This document shows positions 1 through 11,452 of a stretch of 47,880 bases of DNA, in pieces; the stretch's first letter is position 1, and every line of letters starts with the position of its first letter. This DNA is from Vermamoeba vermiformis. Lineage: Eukaryota. Both the position numbers and the translations under genes were made by a program. The stretch covers positions 1 to 47,880 of the forward strand of contig JBEWZL010000196.1 of assembly GCA_045837725.1 (NCBI GenBank), in the 5' to 3' direction. The notes under the pieces are model-generated. The model was not told the DNA's origin. It made no database searches and saw nothing but the letters and a program-made list of their open reading frames with translations.

Positions 1-43
1 AGCAAAATGATTTTGTTAAATTAATTATTATTTTTTCGTTGTT

Positions 44-798
44 CGACCGAACCTAACAATAGGGCGATGGAAGCTGCATACGCTAAGACAACAAATAGCA
101 CGGTCGGATGGATGACTATTAATCCGATAAAGGTCAAATCGGCAATAAAGATCTTGGCATATTCAATTGACTATTCATGCGACCCTCACCGCCATATTGT
201 TGGACAGAAAGAAGCTAGTGTTCTGAGATCGTATGATACTACGCGATGCCAATCCCTGCGATTTAAAGGTACTACACGTTTACCTTCGGGTGCTGGATCT
301 CGGCTCTAAGATATCCTTTCACATCAGTATGTAGACCATCTCGATTTACAAAGTGGCGTGTACGGAACCTCTTGGGCACACCACATCAGCCTTAAATGGA
401 AATAGACCGCCGTAAATAATCGGAGGGATCCTTAACCTCAGCGGAGCATGGTTACCTAATCCCGTTGAGCCTATGATATCAATAATGGTAGATCCAAATA
501 TTACAAAATAGCTAATACCCACCGTTGTAAAAGGTACACAAGCATCCGAGAGCAAAACAACGAGGGGAACTCCACCCATGGCTATTATTTTGGACTTCAG
601 ACCAGCTAGTAACCTTATAATTAAGTAATAATCCTCGCAGGTAAAACGAGATACTTCTTGTTTTGGAAGTAGAATACCAATCCTCGCGCGAGATTATCTC
701 GAGGACGGCAGATCTAACTGTTTCAGACCAAACTCAAACGGCAATTGGCGGGTCGGAAAGCCCCCGAGACCCACATCCCTACCTCAGTACCTAAGTCG
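44..798 (-). ncRNA. Candidate long structured non-coding RNA (~755 nt), family not identified
   Basis: No credible ORF and GC above the flanks. Dense hairpins that pair better on the minus strand through G-U pairs (353-384, 425-463, 711-729), plus 225-301, 681-705 and 750-772. The ends (44-70 and 771-798) can form an imperfect closing helix. Confidence 0.35.
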
Positions 799-1094
799 CA
801 GATTTTAACGATTTTTCTGTTGCTTCTTCTGCTACGACTGTCCTAAAATAGAAATGCCGTTCACTGAACCTAGCGCTAAAATTTGTCTTTTTAACAATAA
901 AATAAATCGCATCGGAACGCCGATAACTGGTGTTTTGAACTCCACTAGGGTAAGCATATCGTAAAGTTAAAATCTTACGATAAAATATTTTAACGCTTGT
1001 CCCTGATTGTGGGACCGCGGCAAGGTGGGGCAAATTTAATTTTGACCATTTTTGTTCCCTCAGCTTTACAACACCATACACGAGCACAATATAT

Positions 1095-4000
1095 ATGGAG
1101 GAGGAAGCGCATAAGCCGGCCTCTCCAACGGACAGCCAAAGCTCGCAAAAGAAAAGAGTTGTTGTTCCGCATGCATGCGATCAGTGCCGGTCTAATCACG
1201 TCAAGTGTATGCAAAATACATGCGATTATTCTGACAATACACTCTTTGCAATTATATCTCACATATACCTTATAGGTGACGGTAATATGCCATGTTTCCG
1301 ATGCGTAAAGAAAAAGCTCGACTGTAGCTTCAAGAGACCAAATAAGCTTGTTGACAAAGGTAATGCACGAAATAATTGCAAGAATATGAAAGACCACGCA
1401 AGCGGAGGACGCAGAACAAGATAGCTCTTTTTCCATCCTGGATTTTGCATTATTATTGAATAATTTATCCCCGTATTTGCTTAGAAATGCTATTTATTTT
1501 GAAAGTGACAGCGCATTAACGATAAAATAACTCCAGGAAGGATTGAAGAACTGGTTCAAATGATCAGCCAATTAAAAGAAGAATTAGTAGTGGAACGAAG
1601 CAAGGCGCAGCAACTACAATCACAATACGATACAGTAATAGTTCATGCGGTAAGTTTTTATGATTAAATGATCGGAGGTTTTTTTTTAAAATCCACGGCA
1701 AAGGTTCATATAAAAATATAAAATTGCGGACAGCCCTCCGAGGCTTACTTCGGCAAATATTTTAGATATATAATAGCTTATAATGGGCTTTTGTTCATAA
1801 TATGTTCGGAAAAGCACCCGAAACCGCTGGATTAGCGTGGGATACAGTTTGGCATCCCAACACCGAAGAAAATAATGATGATCTTGATCATTATTAGAGT
1901 ATTCGTTATGTAATGTTAATTGATTTTAGCCACGTTGCCTAAATATAGCAACGAATGAAATCGGAGTCTCGCCGATCTTTCTGTGCGACAACTTTATTCA
2001 TGAATATTTGTATTAATGTTAAATCGCCATTTAACAGCTAATACTTCAACAAATATTTACAGAGATTTGAAATTCTACTCGAGCCGTATGTTCGGAACGG
2101 GGACATGAATCTCCGCAGGACGAAATTGCATCGCTTTACTTGGATCTAAAAAATGAAACCAAGAGAATTCAATTTAGCGGTATAATTTGCCCCGATAGGG
2201 CTTGGATAAATTTTTATTGTTAATCTGCTATCCGAGATTGACCTGTTACATGTCAATGTGATTGCGCGCACTTTACAAGCCCTGCAACCACACTGTAGTC
2301 ATTAATTACATAAAGTATGGATATTTACAGGTTTGCTAACGTTTACTACTTTAATAGGGAGGACCTGCACCTACGAGGAATGCTCGAGTGACACCGCCCG
2401 CGTTGTTATACAAATTCATTTCAAAATACAACGATGTCGTTTATCCTTATATCAAAGTACCACCACCTTATCGAGATATGAACGCATTTTTGGAAGATTC
2501 AGGCAGTGACCCGCGAGTGATGTGCATGAACGCTATTTTGGCGAGTGGGGCGTTGGCATGCGGTGACATCCATCACGCGAATATATTTATTCAGGAGAGC
2601 AGGTAAGACGAACCCTCGCTAGTGGAGAATAGAGCACGTGCTAATTTAATTCGGCATCGTTATACAGGTCACAAATAGCGAAGTATTTCGATCATCCGCA
2701 CCCTCTCATTGCAGCCTCGTTTGCAACAATGGCGAACTATTACACAGCTACAGGCGAGTTTGACAAGTCGTCGTTTTACTACGACATGGCGCAGAAGATT
2801 ACACGTGTTGTGTTAGAGAAGAATGGAAACCAGAAGATTTACGTTATTCCCGAGACAGAGCCAGCACGCACAAACAATCTCAACAGCATAGTGGCAGGCA
2901 GCTTATTGTCGTTAAAAGGCGATGGATCGACGGCCAGCAATTCAGATCTTGCATCGATTTTAACTCCCAAACCAAGCGCGGAATTAACTCCGATTACGAT
3001 AGACTTGATTCACATCAATCAACTGGCACTTCTGTATGTCGCTGAATACTGCACGGATCGAACAGAACAGTACTCAATTTTCGAGAAGATCTGGTATAAT
3101 TTGGAGACGCATTACAAAGACACCTTATTCGAAGTGCCGTATATTACAAATTTGATAGTAGCGAAGGTAAGCTCTAGAATGATACATTCCTAATTAGGCT
3201 CGGTCAACTGACACAATCCATCCAGACCTGGTGCGAGATTATGCTTTCCGTTTCGAATGAGAACAACAGTTTGCAACTCAATTTGCAAAACAAAGCAAAT
3301 ATTAAACGACATGCGGACCTATTACAGAAAGCTACTGATATTGCCATGAAGAGCGCGAACTCAGTCAGGTAAATAATTGTATCTGCGCTCATATCTGCTG
3401 GTAATAACATCAGTACGATTAGGGTTCAAATTTTGATTACAGTCGAAGCGTTCAGATCGGTGCTGTCATTATTGGCTGGTGTTAATGATTTGGCTGAGCA
3501 GGTAAGCATTAACTAATTTGAGTTTTCGGATGTCGAAATTTACCCACTAAAACCGTTTTAAATTAGGCAGCAGATCGTGTTTATGAAATGTTCGAGTCCA
3601 TTAGAGTCAATGACTTCTTACTAGCCTTGCCGTTCTTTTTGATATCACAAGTTCACTTGTATTTACAAAACTTCCAGAAGTTTCAGCAGGTAAGCGGCTT
3701 TTTCATTCTTGACCCAATAATAGACCATTATTTAACATCAAATAACATAAATTTAGTCATAAATGCGAGATTTTATCTCGTTTATTAATAATCCATTCGG
3801 CAATCCGTGGATTTTCGACCCAATTACCATTTTAGGAAAATCAGCTAACAAATCTTCTGCGTAGGCTGCCAATGTTTTGCGCGGTCTGGGTTCATCATTC
3901 GAGCTTGCACGCCTTTATCTCTCACGTTTGTCAATGATGCAAGCGCACCAACTGATTCCAGTCACCACGCCGCTCGACATGTTCGTGTTCTATCCCAACC

Positions 4001-4541
4001 TCTCGTACTGCCGAACTTTCAGCCCGCAAGGTGCTGGGCCGATGCAAGGTGTGACTATGGACGTTGCTCAACCTAAGACAAACTCGTTCCCGTCAATGCC
4101 TGTGCCTCTTTTGGGCGCCACCGGTGCTACTCTCCCGCGACCAATGAACCCTTCATTTAACTTCCAAGGTACGCGCCGAATTAAACACTTCACAATTGGG
4201 CAGATATTAACGTACTCACAGAGCAACTTGCCCCGTTCAATGCTCCCACGCATTCAACGCTACTTCAATCTTTGAGTAGCCCGTTGAACCCGCCCTCGAT
4301 GCCCAACGGTGCAAATAACTCTCGAGAGGTTTCCGCAAGTAGCATCTTGACCAGCATGGGCGCGGGTGGTAGTAGCAACGGCAGCCCATCAAATAGCAAT
4401 GCTCCGACGCCGAGCTCGACTCCATCTAGTGGCTCCTTCTTGACTGCTCCGGTTAACTTCCCGCTGCATGTACCAAACATGGCTCAGTTTGACCCTGTCA
4501 AGAGCGTGTCCATGCAACCCATCCGATTCAACAATATGTAA
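1095..4541 (+). CDS. Zn(II)2Cys6 (GAL4-type) zinc-cluster transcription factor, multi-exon
   Basis: Splicing intron 1207-1275 gives CDQCRSNHVKC-DGNMPCFRCVKKKLDC (C-x2-C-x6-C-x5-C-x2-C-x6-C). Followed by a coiled-coil exon, helical middle exons and an S/P/N-rich C-terminus ending at TAA 4539-4541. Internal exon boundaries are approximate. Confidence 0.85.
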
Positions 4542-4831
4542 ATAGAGACCCTTACAAAAGCTACAATGAAGCACTCGGACTGCAAAACCGACTTCAATGT
4601 AGCGATGTGTAACAGCTCGCTGAAGCAACAGTGACGATCTGATGGCTTCCAAGAAGCCCGTTACTGACAGGCAGACCCGTTCAAGACGCAAAGTACGCGA
4701 AAAGCACAAACATGTAATGTCACAAATAAACGTGGTTGCTGTATTACAGTGTTTGGCCGTGCAGACGAAAATTGCCCGCGAATCGAAAAAAATCGTGTTA
4801 ATTTTGTAGATATCCAAACAACCACGAAACA

Positions 4832-5263
4832 ATGTCCAGCGGAATGGGAGCTACTGGAGCTACGGGAAGATGCTTCCCGCTCTTCAAGGAATATCAACAG
4901 TGCTTGATGTCGACTGATCCCAAAGAGTGCTTGTTGGTTAGACAAGATTACTTCGAATGCTTGCACAATTTCCAAAGGGTACGTGCATTAAAAAATACGC
5001 ATTTTTTAAGGCGAACCATAAGCTACAATAATAACCGAGATGAGGATCTCAATAATTTCAAATTATTAAACAACTTAATATTTCGAGCTATATTTTATGC
5101 CATAAATTATTATATCACGATGGTATAATTATTCATATTTTTTCAAGCATTTATAGGGCCTCTTAAATAAATTAATTTTTAATTGTTAATAAAATAGAAC
5201 CAACGCGACGCCACAATCGAAGCACATATGCGTAAACAGAAAGCCACAAAAAATGAAGCATAG
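4832..5263 (+). CDS. NDUFS5: NADH:ubiquinone oxidoreductase 15-kDa subunit (twin CX9C), 2 exons
   Basis: MSSGMGATGATGRCFPLFKEYQQC...CLLVRQDYFECLH matches the fungal/plant-type NDUFS5 pattern. Intron ~4979-5197; exon 2 is NQRDATIEAHMRKQKATKNEA*. Confidence 0.85.
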
Positions 5264-5499
5264 GCATGACCAAATATTGTTTAATTAGTAAATATCTCTA
5301 TTCAAACGAGCGATCGCGTGTAAATACAAAAGCTTCATCATGATGGTAGCTAGCTAGCCAGGTCATGGACAGAAGAAAAATTTACCATCCAGAGCTTGAA
5401 AATGCTGCAAGCGCACTATCAAGCTTTCATAATGCTTCTTTTCGAAATTGCTGTTGAGGGCAGATTCATGGAGGTGTCTCATAGATCTACTACTTCAAA

Positions 5500-5965
5500 T
5501 AGTTCCGTCCAACCCAAACTTTGAAAAGACGACGGTAATGCTTAGTATAATACAATTATGGCTTAGCACGAGTTAAAATAGCGCTAGTGCTCGACTTGTC
5601 AGCAGCTGTCAGTAGATACGTAAAAAACTATTTAACGCACCGCATGCGACACAAAACATTCGATTTATTCAACAAAAATGCAACGAACACTCATCCTAGT
5701 ACTCGCTTTACTTACACCTTTGATTGCCGCCGATATTTGTACGTCTGGCTGTCGTCTTGGTCTTTGCTCATGTTTTACTCCAATGTTCTACGTATTAATG
5801 CAGGGTCAAATTGTGTTCTTGGTCAATGCGACGGTGCTTGCACGATGGCTGGTAAGTTTCGAAGAATTGCAGGTTGGTTAATCGGCGTTCTTGTCGGTGT
5901 CCCTCCTGAATCAGCGTTTTCATCATAGGTAGATTTCATAGCTATTCACAAGTTGGACGGAACTA
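5500..5965. mobile_element. Non-autonomous TIR DNA transposon carrying a gene fragment
   Basis: Perfect inverted repeat TAGTTCCGTCCAAC (5500-5513) / GTTGGACGGAACTA (5952-5965) with TA at both termini. The same terminal motif recurs at 7498 and 7659-7670. Confidence 0.65.
5678..5908 (+). pseudogene. Frameshifted, truncated fragment of a Cys-rich secreted/membrane protein gene
   Basis: Signal peptide MQRTLILVLALLTPLIAA plus DICTSGCRLGLCSCF in one frame. Continues as NAGSNCVLGQCDGACTMAG...WLIGVLVGVP in another frame and is cut where the TE right-end sequence starts (~5909). Confidence 0.45.
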
Positions 5966-6096
5966 TACGATCCGGCTCATAAAAATATTTGAAGGATTGC
6001 GTTGTTCCATTATACAAACTCGCGGATAACCTTTATAAACATATCTACATATAAAACAAAATTCTGTACAGCCTACGATCACTTCAGCGCCGACTT

Positions 6097-6879
6097 TCAT
6101 TCCGGATCGGTAATCCAAGCAATGAACTTACGTCTCTTTTCATCCAATAAGTCGTCATCAACGATGCCAAAATCGTTGTCGTAGAACGTACTAAGAGCAT
6201 TAATCTTTTGCTGCGTCAAAGTTTGTGCCTCGTGCATTGTCTTCGGGAAGGCATTTAGGGTGGGCTTAGTTCCTTGATGAGCAGATAGTTAGTTACCGCA
6301 CTAAGTCGTCGAGGAAACAATTGCGTCGAATAATTACCCATCAGTGCTGGATGCCCGCCCCGAGCAGCTACTTCTTTGATCAGACGGTACAAGGGGTAAT
6401 TATTTCGGCCGACAGCCTTGCAGTTTTTCTCTCTTATTCGGGCATTTTCCAGCGAAAATACCAATGACTTGATTTCAGCCACTGCGTTAGTCACATCCGC
6501 AGCAGTAGCAGGAGTGGCACCAGCGAGGCGAGCAGATGATGCTGAATAAACATTTAGTAATTTTGTCAATAGGATTTGAAGGGTATCCTTGAAGGTACCT
6601 TTGTGGATAACCGCTGCCTCAGCTATTACGGCATCAACCACTCCGATAGGATTCGGATACCTCTGGTGCGTTCTTTTCGACTGAGACTATGCTTCAGCTT
6701 ATTGATTCTTTTTTTTTAGACTTACGCTTAGCTCTTTTGACGGCTTCGCAGTACTCAATCTGCTTGTACAGAGCGGGATCATCGAGCACCGTATTGTCGT
6801 CGACTCTGGGCCTCTTCTTTACGATAGTAATAATGTTTTTGTCCTCCGTTTCGGAAGCAATTAGGTTAGGTTGGTTCAT
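6097..6879 (-). pseudogene. Disrupted gene with a Mug135/MUG2 C-terminal-like domain
   Basis: The ORF pieces 6694-6879, 6255-6641 and a frameshifted tail NAFPKTMHEAQTLTQQKINALSTFYDSDFGIVDDDLLDEKRRKFIAWI are colinear. The tail resembles the FP-T...L..FY...FGI...D....RR.KF..I pattern (recognised from memory). Confidence 0.45.
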
Positions 6880-7497
6880 TGTTGTGTCTTGTACTTGAAG
6901 AAACGGTAAAATAAAAAAATGGCGCCATTTTTTTTAATAGCCACAACCTCACCAAATATTTGGACATATGCCCAAATACCAGGCAATACAACCAATCTTT
7001 AGCGGAAGGTGCCCTATGAGGAGTCGGCAGTTACCGTATCTAATGCCCTATTATTAGAACTAATTAGTCGAAGAACAACAACGAGAGGATCCATCTTTCG
7101 AACGCAAATGCTTGTTTTGTACCACAGTTTTTAAAGCGAATAGGTACGTAATTATATACAATGTGCGGCCTGTAATATAATAACACTATAGTCTTAGACG
7201 CATCACTTAAGATCGGATCTCCTGAAAATTTAGTCCGCATTAACGAGCTCGTAGATATCTTGCAAGAAAAGCTTGAAAAGTACGTCCAAATTAATATGTA
7301 CATAAATAAATATCAATATTTTTCGTTTAGCTTGCAATTGCGCATGTTGACGTCTATCACTGAGACAACCTAGGAAAAAAACAGTGAGCAATCCTATGGG
7401 ATTCCTATAGCGCTCCATGGCTGAGCTAGTCGTGCTTTGTCTCAATAACGGACGTCAACAGTTTTTTCACAGCTAGTATCGGCAACACCTCCCCATC

Positions 7498-7607
7498 TAG
7501 TTCCGTCCAACCTATGAATTTGTTGAATAAACGCGATTTCTGAGCAGGCTCCCGCCTGCTGAGATAAACCACGTTTATTTCACAATTTCATAGGTCGAAC
7601 AGAACTA
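7498..7607. mobile_element. Palindromic MITE (110 bp) of the same TIR family
   Basis: The left arm tagttccgtccaacctatgaatttgttgaataaacg...gcagg is an imperfect reverse complement of the right arm cctgc...cgtttatttcacaatttcataggtcgaacagaacta. TA at both ends. Confidence 0.75.
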
Positions 7608-7670
7608 AATCAGCGTTTAAATCATTAGTAGATTTCATAGCTATAGGAATTCACGTGGTGGACGGAACTA
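7608..7670. repeat. Second copy of the TIR-element right end
   Basis: aatcagcgttt..atcat..gtagatttcatagctat...tggacggaacta is homologous to 5909-5965. Confidence 0.7.
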
Positions 7671-7868
7671 TCAAATACTACTCTTACATTGCTTTTTCAT
7701 TTGTATTCGCCTCTATTGATCAAGCTAATAATATTAGACTCGAGGTGTCGCATGAGACTTCGTCATTTTACCGTCAAAAGTGTGCGGTGCAAATTATTTT
7801 CAAAAATCCAATTTACATTCATTCACCACACATAATACAACAAAAAATCATATATTATTTTGTATAAT

Positions 7869-8350
7869 ATGGCCACCCCTAATAATTCACCCGCAACCCC
7901 TGCAGGCCAACCAGCCAAGCCATTCACGAAGGAAGAGATGTACGACAAAGTCAAAGTTGTCGCACCCGTTGTGCCTCGCGCTGTCGAAGAGGCCTTAATA
8001 GAAAAATTGAGAGAACATTCACGCATTAAATGCAAGGATAAGGTCGCAGCTTACGCAGAATGCACTAAAGATAAAACATTTTCAGTCGCTTGGGCCTGTC
8101 GCGATCAATTAAATAATATGAACGAGTGCTTGAAGCTTTAGTAAGTCAAATATGACCTTCCATGATTTTTAGGGATTTATTTGAATATTTTTCGATAATG
8201 AATTCATTCGGATCAGATCCAAAATTCTGCTTGTCTGAAGAGTCTAATCTAATGAATATTCCCTTTAGTACATCTTCCGAACAGTTGGATCGCCTAAAGG
8301 TGGCTTGGACAAAGAAGCAAGAGCAAAAGAAAGAAGCGAACAAACAATAA
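7869..8350 (+). CDS. CMC1: COX assembly mitochondrial twin-CX9C protein (Cmc1 family), 2 exons
   Basis: C-KDKVAAYAE-C...TFSVAWA-C-RDQLNNMNE-C twin CX9C, preceded by EEALIEKLRE. Intron ~8141-8268; stop at 8348-8350. Confidence 0.8.
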
Positions 8351-8482
8351 AGTCAAACCCTTTCAACCAAAACAGGACCATTATAGTGTAGGAAGAACCG
8401 GCTTAATTAATAGAGTATTCTCAGTACGTATCTAGCTATGTGTAGACCTTTAGAATAAGCTATGTAACAGTAATTTTAATTC

Positions 8483-9762
8483 TTAAACGCTTTCGTTATC
8501 GTCATCAAGCAACTTTGACCGCTCACTTTGCGTGTCAGAATGGCCGTTCAAAGCGCTGCGATTAGAGACCGGCGTGCTTGGAATAGCGGAGGGTGACATC
8601 GCCATGACACGCTTCGAGCTGGCATTTAATGACGAGCGATTGTTATTGACAGGCACGCTGTTGGATTGTCTGCCTCGTCCACGTGCTGAATTCAACGGAG
8701 TTTCATCTTCCTCTGTGGAGCGATAACTCATTAATACAAAGCACTCTTTCAACTACCAAGTAGTACTGTACCTTCTTCGATGATCGGCGAAGGACGTCGA
8801 GCAGATTTTGGCTTAATTTCTTCGTTGCTCGACGCATTGATGTTGTTGTTACTGCCGAGCAAGGGCTTGGCCTCGGAACGTCGGTTTCGTGTTGAAGGCA
8901 AAAACATTGTTCGCGGCTCTTTTCGTGCTTTAACGCGCTTGACAATTAATACTGTGCCTGAGATTATAATGACTAGGCCTAACAACGATAGACCGAGAAT
9001 GACCAAGACGATTGTGCCCGAGACTGTCAGATCCGCGATGTCAATACTAAGTTACTAGAGCTTTTAGTTATATATTACCTCCACCACAGTGGTACCAAGT
9101 CCAGTCTCCACATTGACTACCATCTGTTGGACCGAACAAACCACCCGGTAAGCACAGCCCTGATCACAAAGTGTTAGCGGATCACGTGCTTGGGTCATCG
9201 TTGCATCAATTCTTACCTTTCTCTTCGCACCACACGCAGTACGTGCGTTGTGAGCATTCTTCGCAGCCATTTTTTACGGCGCATAAGCCTTCTTGGCACA
9301 TTTTAGGGGTCGTGATCCAAACGTTACATACGCATCCGTCGACAGTAGGTCCAATTCTATGATCACCAATTAATATATGTATTATGGTATTGTATTGCTC
9401 GTACGAGTCACCAGCTCAATAGAAATGCAACCGGAACAGTTGCCATTGAATTTGTGACATTTATCGACTACAAATGGTTATTAGCATTAATATATTAGGT
9501 TGAGATGGAAATTAATACGGATTTCGGAAGGAGAGCGAGAAAATTGGAAAGAAAAGTAGAAATAGTCTGAAAAATTATTAAAATAATTCTTTAATACTAT
9601 ATATTATTTCTATATTAATCAGAGTTGATTATACGTCAGGAGAATTTTATTAATAAAATAATACTTACATTTGCTCTGTAAACATGTAGTGTTATCCGAA
9701 GCACTCGCAAGAGATATATATACAAATACTAATAACAAAGATAACTTAATTCCTCCGATCAT
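8483..9762 (-). CDS. Type I membrane protein with Cys-rich PSI-like (PTTG1IP-like) ectodomain, multi-exon
   Basis: Signal peptide MIGGIKLSLLLVFVYISLASA; exons encoding CHKFNGNCSGC and CEECSQRTYCVWC...LCLPGGLFG...CGDWTWYHC; TM VILGLSLLGLVIIISGTVLIV followed by a basic Ser-rich tail. GT-AG introns. Confidence 0.65.
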
Positions 9763-10029
9763 CGTTCATTTGTTGTGCTTGACTTTGTGTGGTTAAAATT
9801 TGCCGAAGATCTCGATCGTAGAACCATAAATCGGATCCCGTAAATCTTTGGAGCAAAAAATATATTATGTACAATATTGTACGTCTTTCTACCAATCAGA
9901 AGTGCAGTTCTGCCGTTCATTTCAATCGCAGTACACATGCAACGGAGCCTTCGAACCTTATCTTATGTCGAAAAGAAACGTGCGTAGCTACATTATTTTA
10001 ATAGGATTTAATACACCATTGCAGATATT

Positions 10030-10563
10030 TTACACTAGTCGATCGTATTCAGGCAGTTTAACGTTTTGATGAATTCCGGTCAACGATTGTCTTCGTTGTA
10101 GTGACAGGGCCATGACAGCACTAAATAGCAGCGCGCGAACAAAAACAACAATACAAGCACAATTATAGCCAATACTACCACTGCGGTAGAAGATTAGGCC
10201 GGCCAAATCCAAGTAAGTGTCGAAGCAGCAGATCGTGAAACCAAATCCGCTCAAAACAGCGGCTGCCTGTAGGACTTTAGGTTTGTTGCCGCGTGATCCA
10301 ATGATACCGAGAATAGCAGCACCTCCAAGTATAACGATAATGATGATATATGGGACAACGTACAATCCGAAGGCCCATACGAAACTGACTCCAAAGGCGA
10401 AAGTTGTCCATTCTGATGTGGGAGAATGACCGCCATGAGGTAAGAGTATACTTAAGACTTCTAAAATAAGGGGGGTAATCGTCACCACGGCCAGTACGGT
10501 CGAACAAAGCGCTGAAATTGACGCGATTAATAACGGCGTACTTCTTGTTTGTTGTTTCGGCAT
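10030..10563 (-). CDS. Hypothetical four-TM membrane protein
   Basis: Intronless 177-aa ORF with about four hydrophobic segments and a short polar tail. Confidence 0.6.
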   Translation of the reverse strand: MPKQQTRSTPLLIASISALCSTVLAVVTITPLILEVLSILLPHGGHSPTSEWTTFAFGVSFVWAFGLYVVPYIIIIVILGGAAILGIIGSRGNKPKVLQAAAVLSGFGFTICCFDTYLDLAGLIFYRSGSIGYNCACIVVFVRALLFSAVMALSLQRRQSLTGIHQNVKLPEYDRLV

Positions 10564-11452
10564 TTTTTTTAATGTTTCTTTTGTGGCCTTCTATTGGTAA
10601 AGTAATATTAAACACAAACTCGTTTTACTCTTCGTTTTGTTCTGTGGACGTGTCATTTTTCGTTTTTGTTTTTCGTCCACCAGAAATAATGGTTTGCGAA
10701 AGGGAACTTCCGCAACACCATTACGTGATTAGTATGAAAATGCGATTAACAAGAAGAGTACAGATATGAGTTTAGGCGGAAGATGGAGATATTTAAATTA
10801 TTAAAGTGCGGATGAGGAATACTCAAGCTAAAAGTACGTCAATATATAAACATACTTACAATATATCATAGGATTAATTAATACGCTTAAATCGGTCCTC
10901 AATCTGCCAAAACGAAAAATTGGAAATTTAAATTAATTTATTAGTTCTAAACGGCCCGATAAAATACACTATAATTAGAAACATTATTTCTTATTCTTTT
11001 GTTGTGGAGGAGGGGGTGGTGGCGGTGAGTTTTCAACTTTTTGTGGAATTACTCGAGGCGGTTCTAGGACATCAAATCCATCTTTGCCGCTCGTAAGATT
11101 TAACATACGAGGTGGGGGCGGATGAAGCACTACGATAATAATCATTAGACAAACCGTTCTATTATTTTTTGCGCATCCCACGGCCGTTGAACATTAAATT
11201 CGTTACTTACCGCTGGCCACGGAATTATCATTATTATCAGCCATGTTGTAGTTGACAGCAAAGTATAAGCAATATAATTGACGGCAGCACGTGCGGTTTT
11301 AATGGCTGTCCAAACCGTTTCGTTCCCAAAAAAATTATTTCTGCAATTCCAGTTCCTTTGCGAAGGCATCCGCGACGCCATCAATGTGCTTTACTCGTCT
11401 ATAATTTCTATATTAGCGCCACCGAGATGAAGACGATCTTCCAGCATGCTAC

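Noticed and set aside
2080-2113. GAGCCGTATG resembling group II intron domain V
   Set aside because: It lies in a probable exon of the Zn2Cys6 gene and lacks the complementary 3' arm.
7064-7445. Possible decayed DDE transposase next to the MITE
   Set aside because: Fragmentary ORFs with no recognisable catalytic motif; it needs an HMM search.
11145-11447. Minus-strand LGGANIEIIDE* resembling the Merlin/ISXO2 transposase motif
   Set aside because: One short motif with a stop; no further catalytic residues or TIRs were found.
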